DNA of 46,087 nucleotides from assembly GCA_035550155.1 (NCBI GenBank), contig DASZPW010000159.1, positions 1 through 46,087 on the forward strand, given 5' to 3'. Shown here piece by piece: positions 39,094 to 46,087 of this stretch. Origin of the DNA: Chitinophagaceae bacterium. Lineage in GTDB: Bacteria > Bacteroidota > Bacteroidia > Chitinophagales > Chitinophagaceae. Position 1 is the stretch's first letter; every line of letters starts with the position of its first letter. The notes under the pieces were generated by a model. It searched no databases and was not told the origin of the DNA. It was given only the letters and a program-made list of their open reading frames with translations. A program made the position numbers and the translations under genes.

Positions 39094-39744
39094 ATGAACA
39101 CAATTACAATCGAAGGACAACTGAGGACCGGCTTTGGCAAAGGAGCCACCCGCCAACTCCGCTCTCAGGACCAGGTGCCCGGTGTAATTTACGGGGGTGC
39201 ACAGGAGATCAATTTTCACGCTCCTGCTGCGGCATTCAAACCTTTAATCTACACACCGAAGTTCCAGTTAGCAGAAGTAAAAATTGACGGAAATTCCTAC
39301 AAATGCATTTTGAAAGACCTGCAATTTGACAAAGTTTCTGATGCATTGATCCATGTGGATTTGCTGGAGTTAGTTGAGGATAAAAAAATGATCGCAAGCA
39401 TTCCGCTGCATATCACCGGTACTGCTAAAGGAGTTAAAGACGGAGGTAAGCTTCATGTAAAAATGAAAGCATTAAAAGTAAAAACCCTTCCGAAATATCT
39501 AAAAGAACAGATCGAAGTGAATGTTGATGACCTGGAATTGAATGGAAATATCAGGGTAGAAGATGTGAAAGAAGAACATTTCGAGATTCTGAATTCTCCC
39601 CGTATCCCTATTGCATCGGTTACACTTACCAGGGAATTGAAACAGGAAGAAGCCGCTGCTGCGCCTGCTGCCGCTGCTGCACCTGCCGCTGCTGCAGCTG
39701 CTCCCGAAAAAACAGAGAAGCCTGCAGAAAAAGCAAAAAAATAA
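39094..39744 (+). CDS. rplY: 50S ribosomal protein L25 / general stress protein Ctc
   Basis: 216 aa with GKGATRQLRSQDQVPGVIYGG, the full-length Ctc form and an Ala/Pro/Lys-rich C-terminal tail. It sits in the conserved prs-ctc-pth order. Confidence 0.9.
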   Translation: MNTITIEGQLRTGFGKGATRQLRSQDQVPGVIYGGAQEINFHAPAAAFKPLIYTPKFQLAEVKIDGNSYKCILKDLQFDKVSDALIHVDLLELVEDKKMIASIPLHITGTAKGVKDGGKLHVKMKALKVKTLPKYLKEQIEVNVDDLELNGNIRVEDVKEEHFEILNSPRIPIASVTLTRELKQEEAAAAPAAAAAPAAAAAAPEKTEKPAEKAKK

Positions 39745-39766
39745 AAGTTCTCTGAACATTATATTA

Positions 39767-39794
39767 ACCCGTATCGGAAGATGCGGGTTTTTTA
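39767..39794 (+). terminator. Rho-independent terminator after rplY
   Basis: acccgtat and atgcgggt form an 8-bp stem (one G-U pair) with a 6-nt loop, followed by ttttt. Confidence 0.7.
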
Positions 39795-39827
39795 TTGGCT
39801 TCAGCCGATATTTGACTATTGAATGTT

Positions 39828-40403
39828 ATGAAATACCTGATCGCAGGACTTGGAAATTTTGGTAACGAATATGCGCATACCCGGCATAATATCGGGTTTG
39901 ATATTGTGCATGCATTTGTGCGAAAGCATGAAAGTGATTTTCGTGTGGATCGGCTGGCTTATGTCGCGGAGCTGAAATGGAAAGGAAAAATTTTTGTCTG
40001 CATTTGCCCAACCACGTACATGAATTTAAGCGGCAAAGCAGTAAAATACTGGATGGATAAAGAGAAAATACCACTAGAAAGATTGCTGGTGATCCTTGAT
40101 GATGTGGCCTTGCCTTTGGACAAAATGCGTATTCGTCCCGGCGGCAGCAGTGGCGGTCATAATGGATTAAAAAACATTGAGGAAGTATTAGCTACAAAAG
40201 ATTATCCGCGGCTCCGTTTTGGAATAGGCAACGATTATCCTAAGGGACATCAATCTGATTTTGTCTTAGGCCATTGGAAAAAAGAAGAGGAGCCGCTCGT
40301 AAAACTAAAAATCGGTAAGGCGGTTGAAACGATTGAAAGCTTTGCTGCACAAGGCATTACTACAGCCATGAACAATATAAATAATAAAGAATTTTCCTTA
40401 TGA
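39828..40403 (+). CDS. pth: Peptidyl-tRNA hydrolase
   Basis: ATG 39828 gives MKYLIAGLGNFGNEYAHTRHNIGF. Also present are TYMNLSG and GGHNGLKN. Confidence 0.95.
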   Translation: MKYLIAGLGNFGNEYAHTRHNIGFDIVHAFVRKHESDFRVDRLAYVAELKWKGKIFVCICPTTYMNLSGKAVKYWMDKEKIPLERLLVILDDVALPLDKMRIRPGGSSGGHNGLKNIEEVLATKDYPRLRFGIGNDYPKGHQSDFVLGHWKKEEEPLVKLKIGKAVETIESFAAQGITTAMNNINNKEFSL

Positions 40404-40549
40404 TAAGTCAGATTGATTACTTATTTTAGCGGGCCGTGTATTACTTCCGCGGTTTAAAATCCAATAAACATATTGATTGCATGAATATATGGGATAATAA
40501 AACCTCAGAGTATTGTATCCGATGTATTTATTTAAAATAGTTCCTGAAT

Positions 40550-41161
40550 ATGAAAATTTTTTGTGTTGGCCGTAACTATGCAGCGCATGCAAAAGAGCTG
40601 GGTAATGAGATTCCCGAAGAACCGGTAATTTTCATGAAACCAAAAAGTGCGATGTTGCAACCGCATACTCCTTTCTATTATCCTGAATTCACTAACGAAT
40701 TGAATTATGAATGTGAACTGGTGTTGCGCATCAGTAAGAACGGAAAATATATCCAGGAAAAATTTGCCAGCAAATATTATGATGCCGTTACTGCTGGTAT
40801 CGATTTTACGGCCCGTGATATTCAAAATGAATTAAAAGAAAAAGGCCTGCCCTGGGAAAAAGCAAAAGCATGGGACAATTCTGCTGTGATCGGGAAATGG
40901 GTTCCTTTTGCCAATATCAAAAATAAAAAAGACATCAATTTCTGCCTGTATAAGAATAAAGAACTGGTGCAACAGGGAAATTCCGCTAATATGATCCATA
41001 GTTTTGATAAGATCGTTTCATATATCTCCAATTATTTTTCTGTCAATATCGGCGATGTAGTTTTCACCGGTACACCTGCAGGAGTGGGAGAAGTGGTAGT
41101 GGGTGATGAATTGGAAGCATTCATTGAAGATGACAGCATGTTTTCATTGGAAATAAAATAA
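40550..41161 (+). CDS. Fumarylacetoacetate hydrolase (FAH) family protein
   Basis: 203 aa with KIFCVGRNYAAHAKELG...PVIFMKP...ELNYECELVL...DFTARDIQ...WEKAKAWD...GDVVFTGTPAGVG. Confidence 0.85.
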   Translation: MKIFCVGRNYAAHAKELGNEIPEEPVIFMKPKSAMLQPHTPFYYPEFTNELNYECELVLRISKNGKYIQEKFASKYYDAVTAGIDFTARDIQNELKEKGLPWEKAKAWDNSAVIGKWVPFANIKNKKDINFCLYKNKELVQQGNSANMIHSFDKIVSYISNYFSVNIGDVVFTGTPAGVGEVVVGDELEAFIEDDSMFSLEIK

Positions 41162-41200
41162 ACGGATTGTAAAATTGTTGGCAACCAAAAACAACTGAAT

Positions 41201-41237
41201 AAAGCCAGTCACGATAGCGGATTGGCTTTAGTTTTTA
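41201..41237 (+). terminator. Rho-independent terminator after the FAH-family gene
   Basis: aaagccagtc and gattggcttt form a 10-bp stem (one G-U pair) with a 9-nt loop, followed by agttttta. Confidence 0.6.
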
Positions 41238-41286
41238 TAACTGCAGACGCTTTCCATTAAATTTGTTCTTACGCTGTTTGCTGTTT

Positions 41287-43353
41287 ATGACAGATATATC
41301 CATACTTCTAAAAGCATATCGCCTCATGAGCCAGGTGAAAACTATGGCTGAGACGTATGATGCCAATCGAACTGTTTGCAAATATGTTCATTCCACTTCC
41401 CGCGGACATGAAGCGATTCAATTAGCGACTGCATTTCAGCTGCAGCCACAGGATTTTGTCAGCCCTTATTACCGCGATGAAAGTTTGTTATTGGGTTTGG
41501 GGTTTACCCCATATGAATTAATGCTTCAATTGCTGGCAAAAGCCGATGATCCATTTACAGATGGCAGAGAATATTATTCTCATCCTAATTACAAGGGAGC
41601 AGATAAACCATCAATTACACACCAAAGCAGCGCTACAGGTATGCAGGCTATCCCAACAACAGGAATTGCACAGGGAATTCAATACCTGGAAAAAATTAAT
41701 TCACCTGAATTGAAAAAAGGAATATCAGGAGAATTACCAATAGTGGTCTGTTCATTAGGTGATGCAAGTATTACAGAAGGTGAAGTAAGCGAAGCATTTC
41801 AATTTGCAGTATTGAAGCAATTGCCTATCGTGTATTTGATCCAGGATAATAATTGGGGTATCAGTGTATCGGCAGAAGAAGCACGAGCCATGAATGCTTT
41901 TGAATTTGCAGCAGGCTTTAAAGGAATGAACCGGGTACAGGTGGACGGAAGCGATTTTGAAGCTTCTTATGATGTTATAAGAAAAGTTTTTGATTTTGTT
42001 CGTAAGGAGAGGAAACCATATTTAATTCAGGCTACTGTTCCGTTATTAGGTCATCACACCAGCGGAGTGAGAAAAGAATTTTACCGGTCTGATGAAGATT
42101 GGGCAGAGCATTTGGAAAATGACCCAGGCCCAAAACTGAAAAAAAGACTTTTGGAAAGAGGGGTTAATGAAAAAGAAATTCAATTGATAGAAAAAGGCGC
42201 CGCAGCATTAGTGGCTGATGATTTTGCAAAAGCTGTGAAAGCACCCGAACCTGATCCCACTACTATCGAAGATCATGTTTTTGTTCCTACGCCAGTTGTA
42301 GAAGAAAAAGGAAATAGAAATCCATCCGGTGCCGAAAAAATTATTATGGTTGATGCGGCTTTATTTGCTATCCGTGAAATTATGCAAGAACATCCCGAAG
42401 CGATTTTGTACGGACAGGATGTTGGTAAAAGATTGGGTGGTGTATTTAGGGAAGCAGCGACATTGGCCGAGCAATTCGGCGATCACCGGGTATTCAATAC
42501 AGCAATACAGGAAGCATATATTGTCGGTTCTACTGTGGGAATGAGTGCTGTTGGATTAAAACCAATTGTTGAAGTTCAGTTTGGCGATTACATTTATCCC
42601 GGGTTGAATCAGCTGGTAACAGAAATTTCGAAAAGCTGTTATCTCAGTTGCGGAAAATTTCCTGTTTCAATGATCCTTCGTGTTCCGGTAGGAGCGTATG
42701 GTGGTGGAGGACCGTATCACAGCGGTTGTGTGGAAACAACGCTTCTCTCAATAAAAGGAATTAAAGTAGCATATCCTTCAAACGCTGCAGATATGAAAGG
42801 ATTGATGAAAGCTGCATTTTATGATCCGAATCCTGTTGTAATGCTCGAACATAAAGGGCTTTACTGGAGCAAAGTACCCGGTACTGAAGATGCCAAAACG
42901 ATAGAACCGTCGGGGGATTATATAATTCCTTTTGGCAAAGCAAATATTGTGTTGCATGCAGATACCGATGCAATTGATAATGGAGAAAGTTGTTTGGTCA
43001 TCACGTACGGAATGGGTGTGTATTGGGCAAAAGCTGCTGCAAAGAATTTTAATGAACAGGTAGAAGTCCTTGATCTGAGAACCTTATTTCCTCTGGATGA
43101 AGAGCTGATTTTTGAACGGGTAAAACTGCACGGAAAATGTATAGTGCTCACGGAAGAGCAGCAAAACAATTCTTTTGTTGAAGCTCTAGCCGGAAGAATT
43201 TCAAAAAATTGCTTTCAATTCCTTGATGCCCCGGTCGAAGTGCTTGGTGCATTGAATGTGCCCGCTGTACCAATGAATATGGGGCTGGAGCATGCCATGT
43301 TACCTAATGCAGAAAAGCTGGCATCAGTGATAGAGAAGTTGTTGAATTATTAA
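41287..43353 (+). CDS. Fused alpha/beta E1 component of a 2-oxoacid dehydrogenase (TPP-dependent)
   Basis: Track ORF starts at 41263; ATG 41287 gives MTDISILLKAYRLM. The N-half is E1-alpha-like (YYRDE..., GDASITEGEVSEAFQFA). The C-half is E1-beta/transketolase-like (GQDVGKRLGGVFREA...FNTAIQEAYIVG...EVQFGDYI). Confidence 0.85.
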   Translation: MTDISILLKAYRLMSQVKTMAETYDANRTVCKYVHSTSRGHEAIQLATAFQLQPQDFVSPYYRDESLLLGLGFTPYELMLQLLAKADDPFTDGREYYSHPNYKGADKPSITHQSSATGMQAIPTTGIAQGIQYLEKINSPELKKGISGELPIVVCSLGDASITEGEVSEAFQFAVLKQLPIVYLIQDNNWGISVSAEEARAMNAFEFAAGFKGMNRVQVDGSDFEASYDVIRKVFDFVRKERKPYLIQATVPLLGHHTSGVRKEFYRSDEDWAEHLENDPGPKLKKRLLERGVNEKEIQLIEKGAAALVADDFAKAVKAPEPDPTTIEDHVFVPTPVVEEKGNRNPSGAEKIIMVDAALFAIREIMQEHPEAILYGQDVGKRLGGVFREAATLAEQFGDHRVFNTAIQEAYIVGSTVGMSAVGLKPIVEVQFGDYIYPGLNQLVTEISKSCYLSCGKFPVSMILRVPVGAYGGGGPYHSGCVETTLLSIKGIKVAYPSNAADMKGLMKAAFYDPNPVVMLEHKGLYWSKVPGTEDAKTIEPSGDYIIPFGKANIVLHADTDAIDNGESCLVITYGMGVYWAKAAAKNFNEQVEVLDLRTLFPLDEELIFERVKLHGKCIVLTEEQQNNSFVEALAGRISKNCFQFLDAPVEVLGALNVPAVPMNMGLEHAMLPNAEKLASVIEKLLNY

Positions 43354-43374
43354 TGCCCAAAAGTCTAAATCAAT

Positions 43375-43382
43375 TATCTTTG
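43375..43382 (+). promoter_or_regulatory. Candidate -7 box (TATCTTTG) in front of the tRNA cluster
   Basis: TATCTTTG ends 11 nt before the first base of the tRNA-like fragment at 43394. Confidence 0.45.
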
Positions 43383-43393
43383 CTGCCCATTTT

Positions 43394-43473
43394 GGCGGGG
43401 TAGCTCATCCCGATAGTAATCGGGAGGTAAGAGCGTTGGATTCATATCCGCCGTTGGCGGACACGGGTTCAAG
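43394..43473 (+). pseudogene. tRNA(CAT)-like 5' fragment with two embedded stem-loops, truncated within the T-loop
   Basis: ggcggggtagctca and ggtaagagcgttggattcata match the intact tRNA downstream with 1 mismatch. The D-loop 'gtt' is replaced by hairpin tcccgatagtaatcggga. After the anticodon 'cat' comes hairpin tccgcc-gtt-ggcgga, then cacgggttcaag, and then unrelated A-rich spacer. Confidence 0.6.
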
Positions 43474-43488
43474 AAAAGTAAATAAAAT

Positions 43489-43562
43489 GGCGGGATAGCT
43501 CAGTTGGTAAGAGCGTTGGATTCATAACCCAAAGGTCTCGGGTTCAACTCCCGATCCCGCTA
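43489..43562 (+). tRNA. tRNA with anticodon CAT (elongator Met, or Ile2 if lysidine-modified)
   Basis: A 74-nt cloverleaf folded by hand. The acceptor stem is ggcggga/tcccgct, with G1-U72. The D-arm is gctc-agttggtaa-gagc. The anticodon arm is ttgga-ttCATaa-cccaa, with A31-C39 unpaired. The variable loop is aggtc and the T-arm is tcggg-ttcaact-cccga. The discriminator is A and no CCA is encoded. C11:G24 argues against an initiator. Confidence 0.85.
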
Positions 43563-43591
43563 CAGGAAAAGGCTCATTAAAGGGCCTTTTT

Positions 43592-43834
43592 ATGTTTTAT
43601 ACGGTCTACATATTATTTTCTGAAGAACATAATAAACATTATACCGGGTTTACTTCAAATATGGAGTTGAGGTTGAGATCACATAATGAGTTTGGTAAAG
43701 GTTGGACTGCACGATACCGGCCCTGGAAGATTATTTATCGTAAAGAGTTTACTTCAAAAAAAGAAGCAATGGATTATGAACGATGGCTAAAATCCGGATT
43801 AGGAAGGGACTTTATCAAATCTCTTCCTCATTAA
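43592..43834 (+). CDS. Small GIY-YIG nuclease-family protein (URI-domain-only, COG2827/UPF0213-like)
   Basis: 80 aa with TVYILFS...HYTGFTSNMELRLRSHN...RPWKIIYRKEFTSKKEAMDYERWLK. This gives the GIY/YIG strands, the conserved Arg, and Glu in the E-x-x-h-K helix. Confidence 0.8.
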   Translation: MFYTVYILFSEEHNKHYTGFTSNMELRLRSHNEFGKGWTARYRPWKIIYRKEFTSKKEAMDYERWLKSGLGRDFIKSLPH

Positions 43835-43842
43835 ATTCTCCG

Positions 43843-43893
43843 TGGATTCATATCCGCCACAGGCGGACATGGGTTCAAGTCCCATCCCCGCTA
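43843..43893 (+). pseudogene. tRNA-like 3' fragment (anticodon-loop remnant, stem-loop, T-arm and acceptor 3' strand)
   Basis: The sequence is tggattcata-tccgcc-aca-ggcgga-c-atggg-ttcaagt-cccat-ccccgct-a. Its first 37 nt repeat 43437-43473 at 33/37 identity. The acceptor 3' strand ccccgct pairs with ggcgggg at 43394-43400. Confidence 0.6.
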
Positions 43894-43898
43894 CATAT

Positions 43899-43924
43899 AA
43901 GGCTCATATTTGAGCCTTTTTTAT
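43899..43924 (+). terminator. Rho-independent terminator closing the tRNA/GIY-YIG cluster
   Basis: aaggctca and tgagcctt form a perfect 8-bp stem with a 4-nt loop, followed by ttttttat. A degenerate homologue (aaaaggc...gcctttt) follows the intact tRNA at 43567-43590. Confidence 0.75.
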
Positions 43925-44230
43925 TTATTATCATTCACTAATTTTTTTCTGCACATTGATGCCATTATATTTTGGATTTCTTCACTTATAGAATTTTTAA
44001 AAAAATAGTTGGTGATCAGGTCCATAAATTAAACGGTTTCAGTTTTAAATGTTTTCAATCTTTTTTGATTAAAATCACAACCGTAACTAATGCCTGTCAG
44101 TAAAAACATATACTGGAAAAAGTAGCTTTGAAAAAGAAATCTGTTAAAACAGGTTTTATCTGCACATTATTCATAATAAATCGTAAGAAAAAATATTGGT
44201 TATAATTTTCAAAAGCAAGTAAAATTCTAA

Positions 44231-44878
44231 ATGGATATTTTTCATCAATTGACATCCTTGCGGAAACATTTTATTGTGTATCTGTTTCCTCCGTTACTGA
44301 TCATAGCAAACTACTTTGCTTTTAATTTCTTTGTTGCTGCATTCAATGCTAAAGAAGGTTACCTGTCGGGCATGATGTTTTACTGGATAATATTCTGCAT
44401 CATCCCCATAGTTTTATGGATCAATAGGAAAAACCGAAGACTACTATTTCGAATAAAAAAAATTAATTGGTGGCAGACGATTCTTCTTGTACTGCCAGTA
44501 GTTTTTGCCTTCGGATTTGGCCCTTTCAAAAGCAGGATCGGAGAGGCGACGCCGATGATCATTTTATTGTCGTTGCTTTATGCATTGGTCAATAGTATTT
44601 GTGAAGAATATTTATGGCGTGGTTTATATTTTGATCACCACCAGGCTAATTTCTTTTATGCGGTTATTGTTCCTTCCATCTGGTTTGGCATCTGGCATTA
44701 TGCTCCATTATCAATTCATCCCGCTGCTATTGGAAATTTTTATTTTATCCTGGCGGCGATAGGAATGGGATTAAGCTGGGGAATTGTCACTTTTTATACC
44801 AGGTCTGTTTTTTGGAGTGTGGTCTCTCATACTTTGGTAGATTTGTCAGGGCTGGGAGTACTTTATTTTTTTAAATAA
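44231..44878 (+). CDS. CPBP-family intramembrane glutamic endopeptidase (CAAX protease / Abi-type)
   Basis: 215 aa and polytopic. The family motifs are EEYLWRG (EExxxR), FGIWH (FxxxH) and SHTLVD (HxxxD/N). Confidence 0.8.
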   Translation: MDIFHQLTSLRKHFIVYLFPPLLIIANYFAFNFFVAAFNAKEGYLSGMMFYWIIFCIIPIVLWINRKNRRLLFRIKKINWWQTILLVLPVVFAFGFGPFKSRIGEATPMIILLSLLYALVNSICEEYLWRGLYFDHHQANFFYAVIVPSIWFGIWHYAPLSIHPAAIGNFYFILAAIGMGLSWGIVTFYTRSVFWSVVSHTLVDLSGLGVLYFFK

Positions 44879-44892
44879 AATATCTGCCGCTT

Positions 44893-46087
44893 ATGAACGG
44901 TTTATCTGATAATGCGGTAAAAGTTTTGCAACGCAGATACCTGCGCAAGGATCGTTCCGGTAATCTTGCAGAAACACCGGATGAATTATTCCATCGGGTG
45001 GCGAAAGCGATTGCTTCTGCTGAACTGTTCTGGGGAAATCAGGAAGATGTCCAAAAATGGGAACAGGAATTTTATCAGTTGATGAGTCATTTACTTTTTC
45101 TTCCCAATTCACCCACACTGATGAATGCTGGAACTTCTTTGAATCAACTCAGTGCCTGCTTTGTTTTGCCGGTCGAAGATAATATGGATGGAATTTTTAC
45201 CACGTTGAAACAAGCGGCATTGATCCAGCAAAGTGGAGGAGGAACTGGTTTTAATTTCTCACACCTGCGTCCTAAAGATGATATTGTGACGGCGACAGGA
45301 GGAACGGCATCGGGTCCGGTTTCATTTATTAAAATATTTGATGCAGCCACAGAGCATATCAAACAGGGAGGAAAAAGACGTGGCGCCAACATGGGAATTC
45401 TTAATATCGATCATCCGGATATTGAAGAATTCATAACCTCAAAAACAACGGAAGGTTCTTTGCAGAACTTCAATATCTCCGTCGGAATTACAGATGACTT
45501 TATGAAAACATTAGAGCAAAATGGGAACTGGCATTTAATTCATCCGAATTCAAAACAAATAGTAAAAACAATTGCTGCAAAAAAACTTTGGAATTCAATT
45601 GTTGAACATGCCTGGCTTAGCGGCGATCCCGGCCTGATCTTTCTGGATACCATTAATGAAAAAAATTCAACCCCTGCATTAGGAAAAATTGAATCCACCA
45701 ATCCCTGCGGTGAAGTTCCGCTGCTGCCCTATGAAAGTTGTAATCTCGGCTCTATCAATCTTTCAAAACTGGTTAAAGAAAAAACCATTGATTGGAATTT
45801 GCTTGAAAAAATAATTAATGGAGCCGTGCGATTCTTAGATAATGTGATCGAAGTGAATCAATATACCATTCCCGAAATAAAAAAAATTGTGACAGGAAAC
45901 CGGAAGATCGGTCTTGGAGTAATGGGCTGGGCTGAACTTTTGATTCAGTTAGAAATCTCATACGATTCAGATGATGCCGTATCGCTTGCGCAACGAGTGA
46001 TGCAATTTATCGAGCAAAAAAGTACAAAAGCTTCCATTCATCTGGCAGCACAACGGGGGAGTTTCCCCAATTGGGATAAAAGTATTT
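44893..46087 (+). CDS. nrdJ: Adenosylcobalamin-dependent (class II) ribonucleotide reductase; N-terminal ~398 codons, runs off the right edge
   Basis: Absent from the ORF track because it is open at the window edge. Translation from ATG 44893 reads [20 protein letters not shown]...[12 protein letters not shown]...[17 protein letters not shown]...[16 protein letters not shown]...[12 protein letters not shown]...[19 protein letters not shown]...[21 protein letters not shown]. Confidence 0.9.
   Translation, partial: MNGLSDNAVKVLQRRYLRKDRSGNLAETPDELFHRVAKAIASAELFWGNQEDVQKWEQEFYQLMSHLLFLPNSPTLMNAGTSLNQLSACFVLPVEDNMDGIFTTLKQAALIQQSGGGTGFNFSHLRPKDDIVTATGGTASGPVSFIKIFDAATEHIKQGGKRRGANMGILNIDHPDIEEFITSKTTEGSLQNFNISVGITDDFMKTLEQNGNWHLIHPNSKQIVKTIAAKKLWNSIVEHAWLSGDPGLIFLDTINEKNSTPALGKIESTNPCGEVPLLPYESCNLGSINLSKLVKEKTIDWNLLEKIINGAVRFLDNVIEVNQYTIPEIKKIVTGNRKIGLGVMGWAELLIQLEISYDSDDAVSLAQRVMQFIEQKSTKASIHLAAQRGSFPNWDKSI

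Noticed and set aside
39646-39744. GC-rich gct/gcc repeat tract encoding an AAAAPAAAAAPAAAAAAPEKTEKPAEKAKK tail at the end of rplY/ctc.
   Set aside because: A low-complexity Ala/Pro/Lys C-terminal extension is common in Ctc-type L25 proteins. It is in frame and coding, not a nucleotide-level repeat element.
1-46087. Whole-window scan for CRISPR arrays, IS/transposase genes, integrases, toxin-antitoxin pairs, restriction-modification genes, and rRNA, tmRNA, RNase P or SRP RNA genes.
   Set aside because: None was found. There are no regularly spaced direct repeats, no transposase/integrase-like ORFs, and no ORF pairs or motifs matching defence families I recognise. The only mobile-like signal is the tRNA/GIY-YIG mosaic reported above.

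Overview
This window looks like core chromosome from a Bacteroidota genome, probably Chitinophagia or Sphingobacteriia. The phylum call rests on T9SS genes, two SusC/SusD pairs, TAnnTTTG-type -7 promoter boxes and frequent TTG starts. Gene density is high and most genes are housekeeping: a metY-like PLP enzyme (partial), dinB-family, fabH, ruvA, guaB, dprA, queE, folD, radC, prs-rplY(ctc)-pth, an FAH-family gene, a fused 2-oxoacid dehydrogenase E1 and nrdJ (partial). T9SS-related genes are scattered among them: sprA (2397 aa), a cargo protein with a type-B C-terminal sorting domain, and a PorE-like TPR/beta-propeller/OmpA_C protein. Two tandem minimal SusC/SusD loci carry no enzymes or regulators. 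I found no CRISPR array, IS element, integrase, prophage or known defence system. Four places deserve a second look. (1) At 43375-43925, an intact tRNA(CAT) and an 80-aa GIY-YIG nuclease ORF sit between the two halves of a tRNA-like paralogue; the halves are bounded by 37-nt imperfect direct repeats and carry stem-loops where tRNA structure should be. (2) At 22744-25613 there is a translationally coupled outer-membrane pair, and the larger protein fuses a degenerate ComEA-like helix-hairpin-helix module to a large beta-barrel. (3) A short ATCCCGAT-N4-ATCGGGAT hairpin family has four copies in the window. (4) -7 boxes lie 3-4 nt from the guaB and folD start codons, which suggests leaderless mRNAs. 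All functional calls come from reading the translations by eye and should be confirmed with HMM or BLAST searches.
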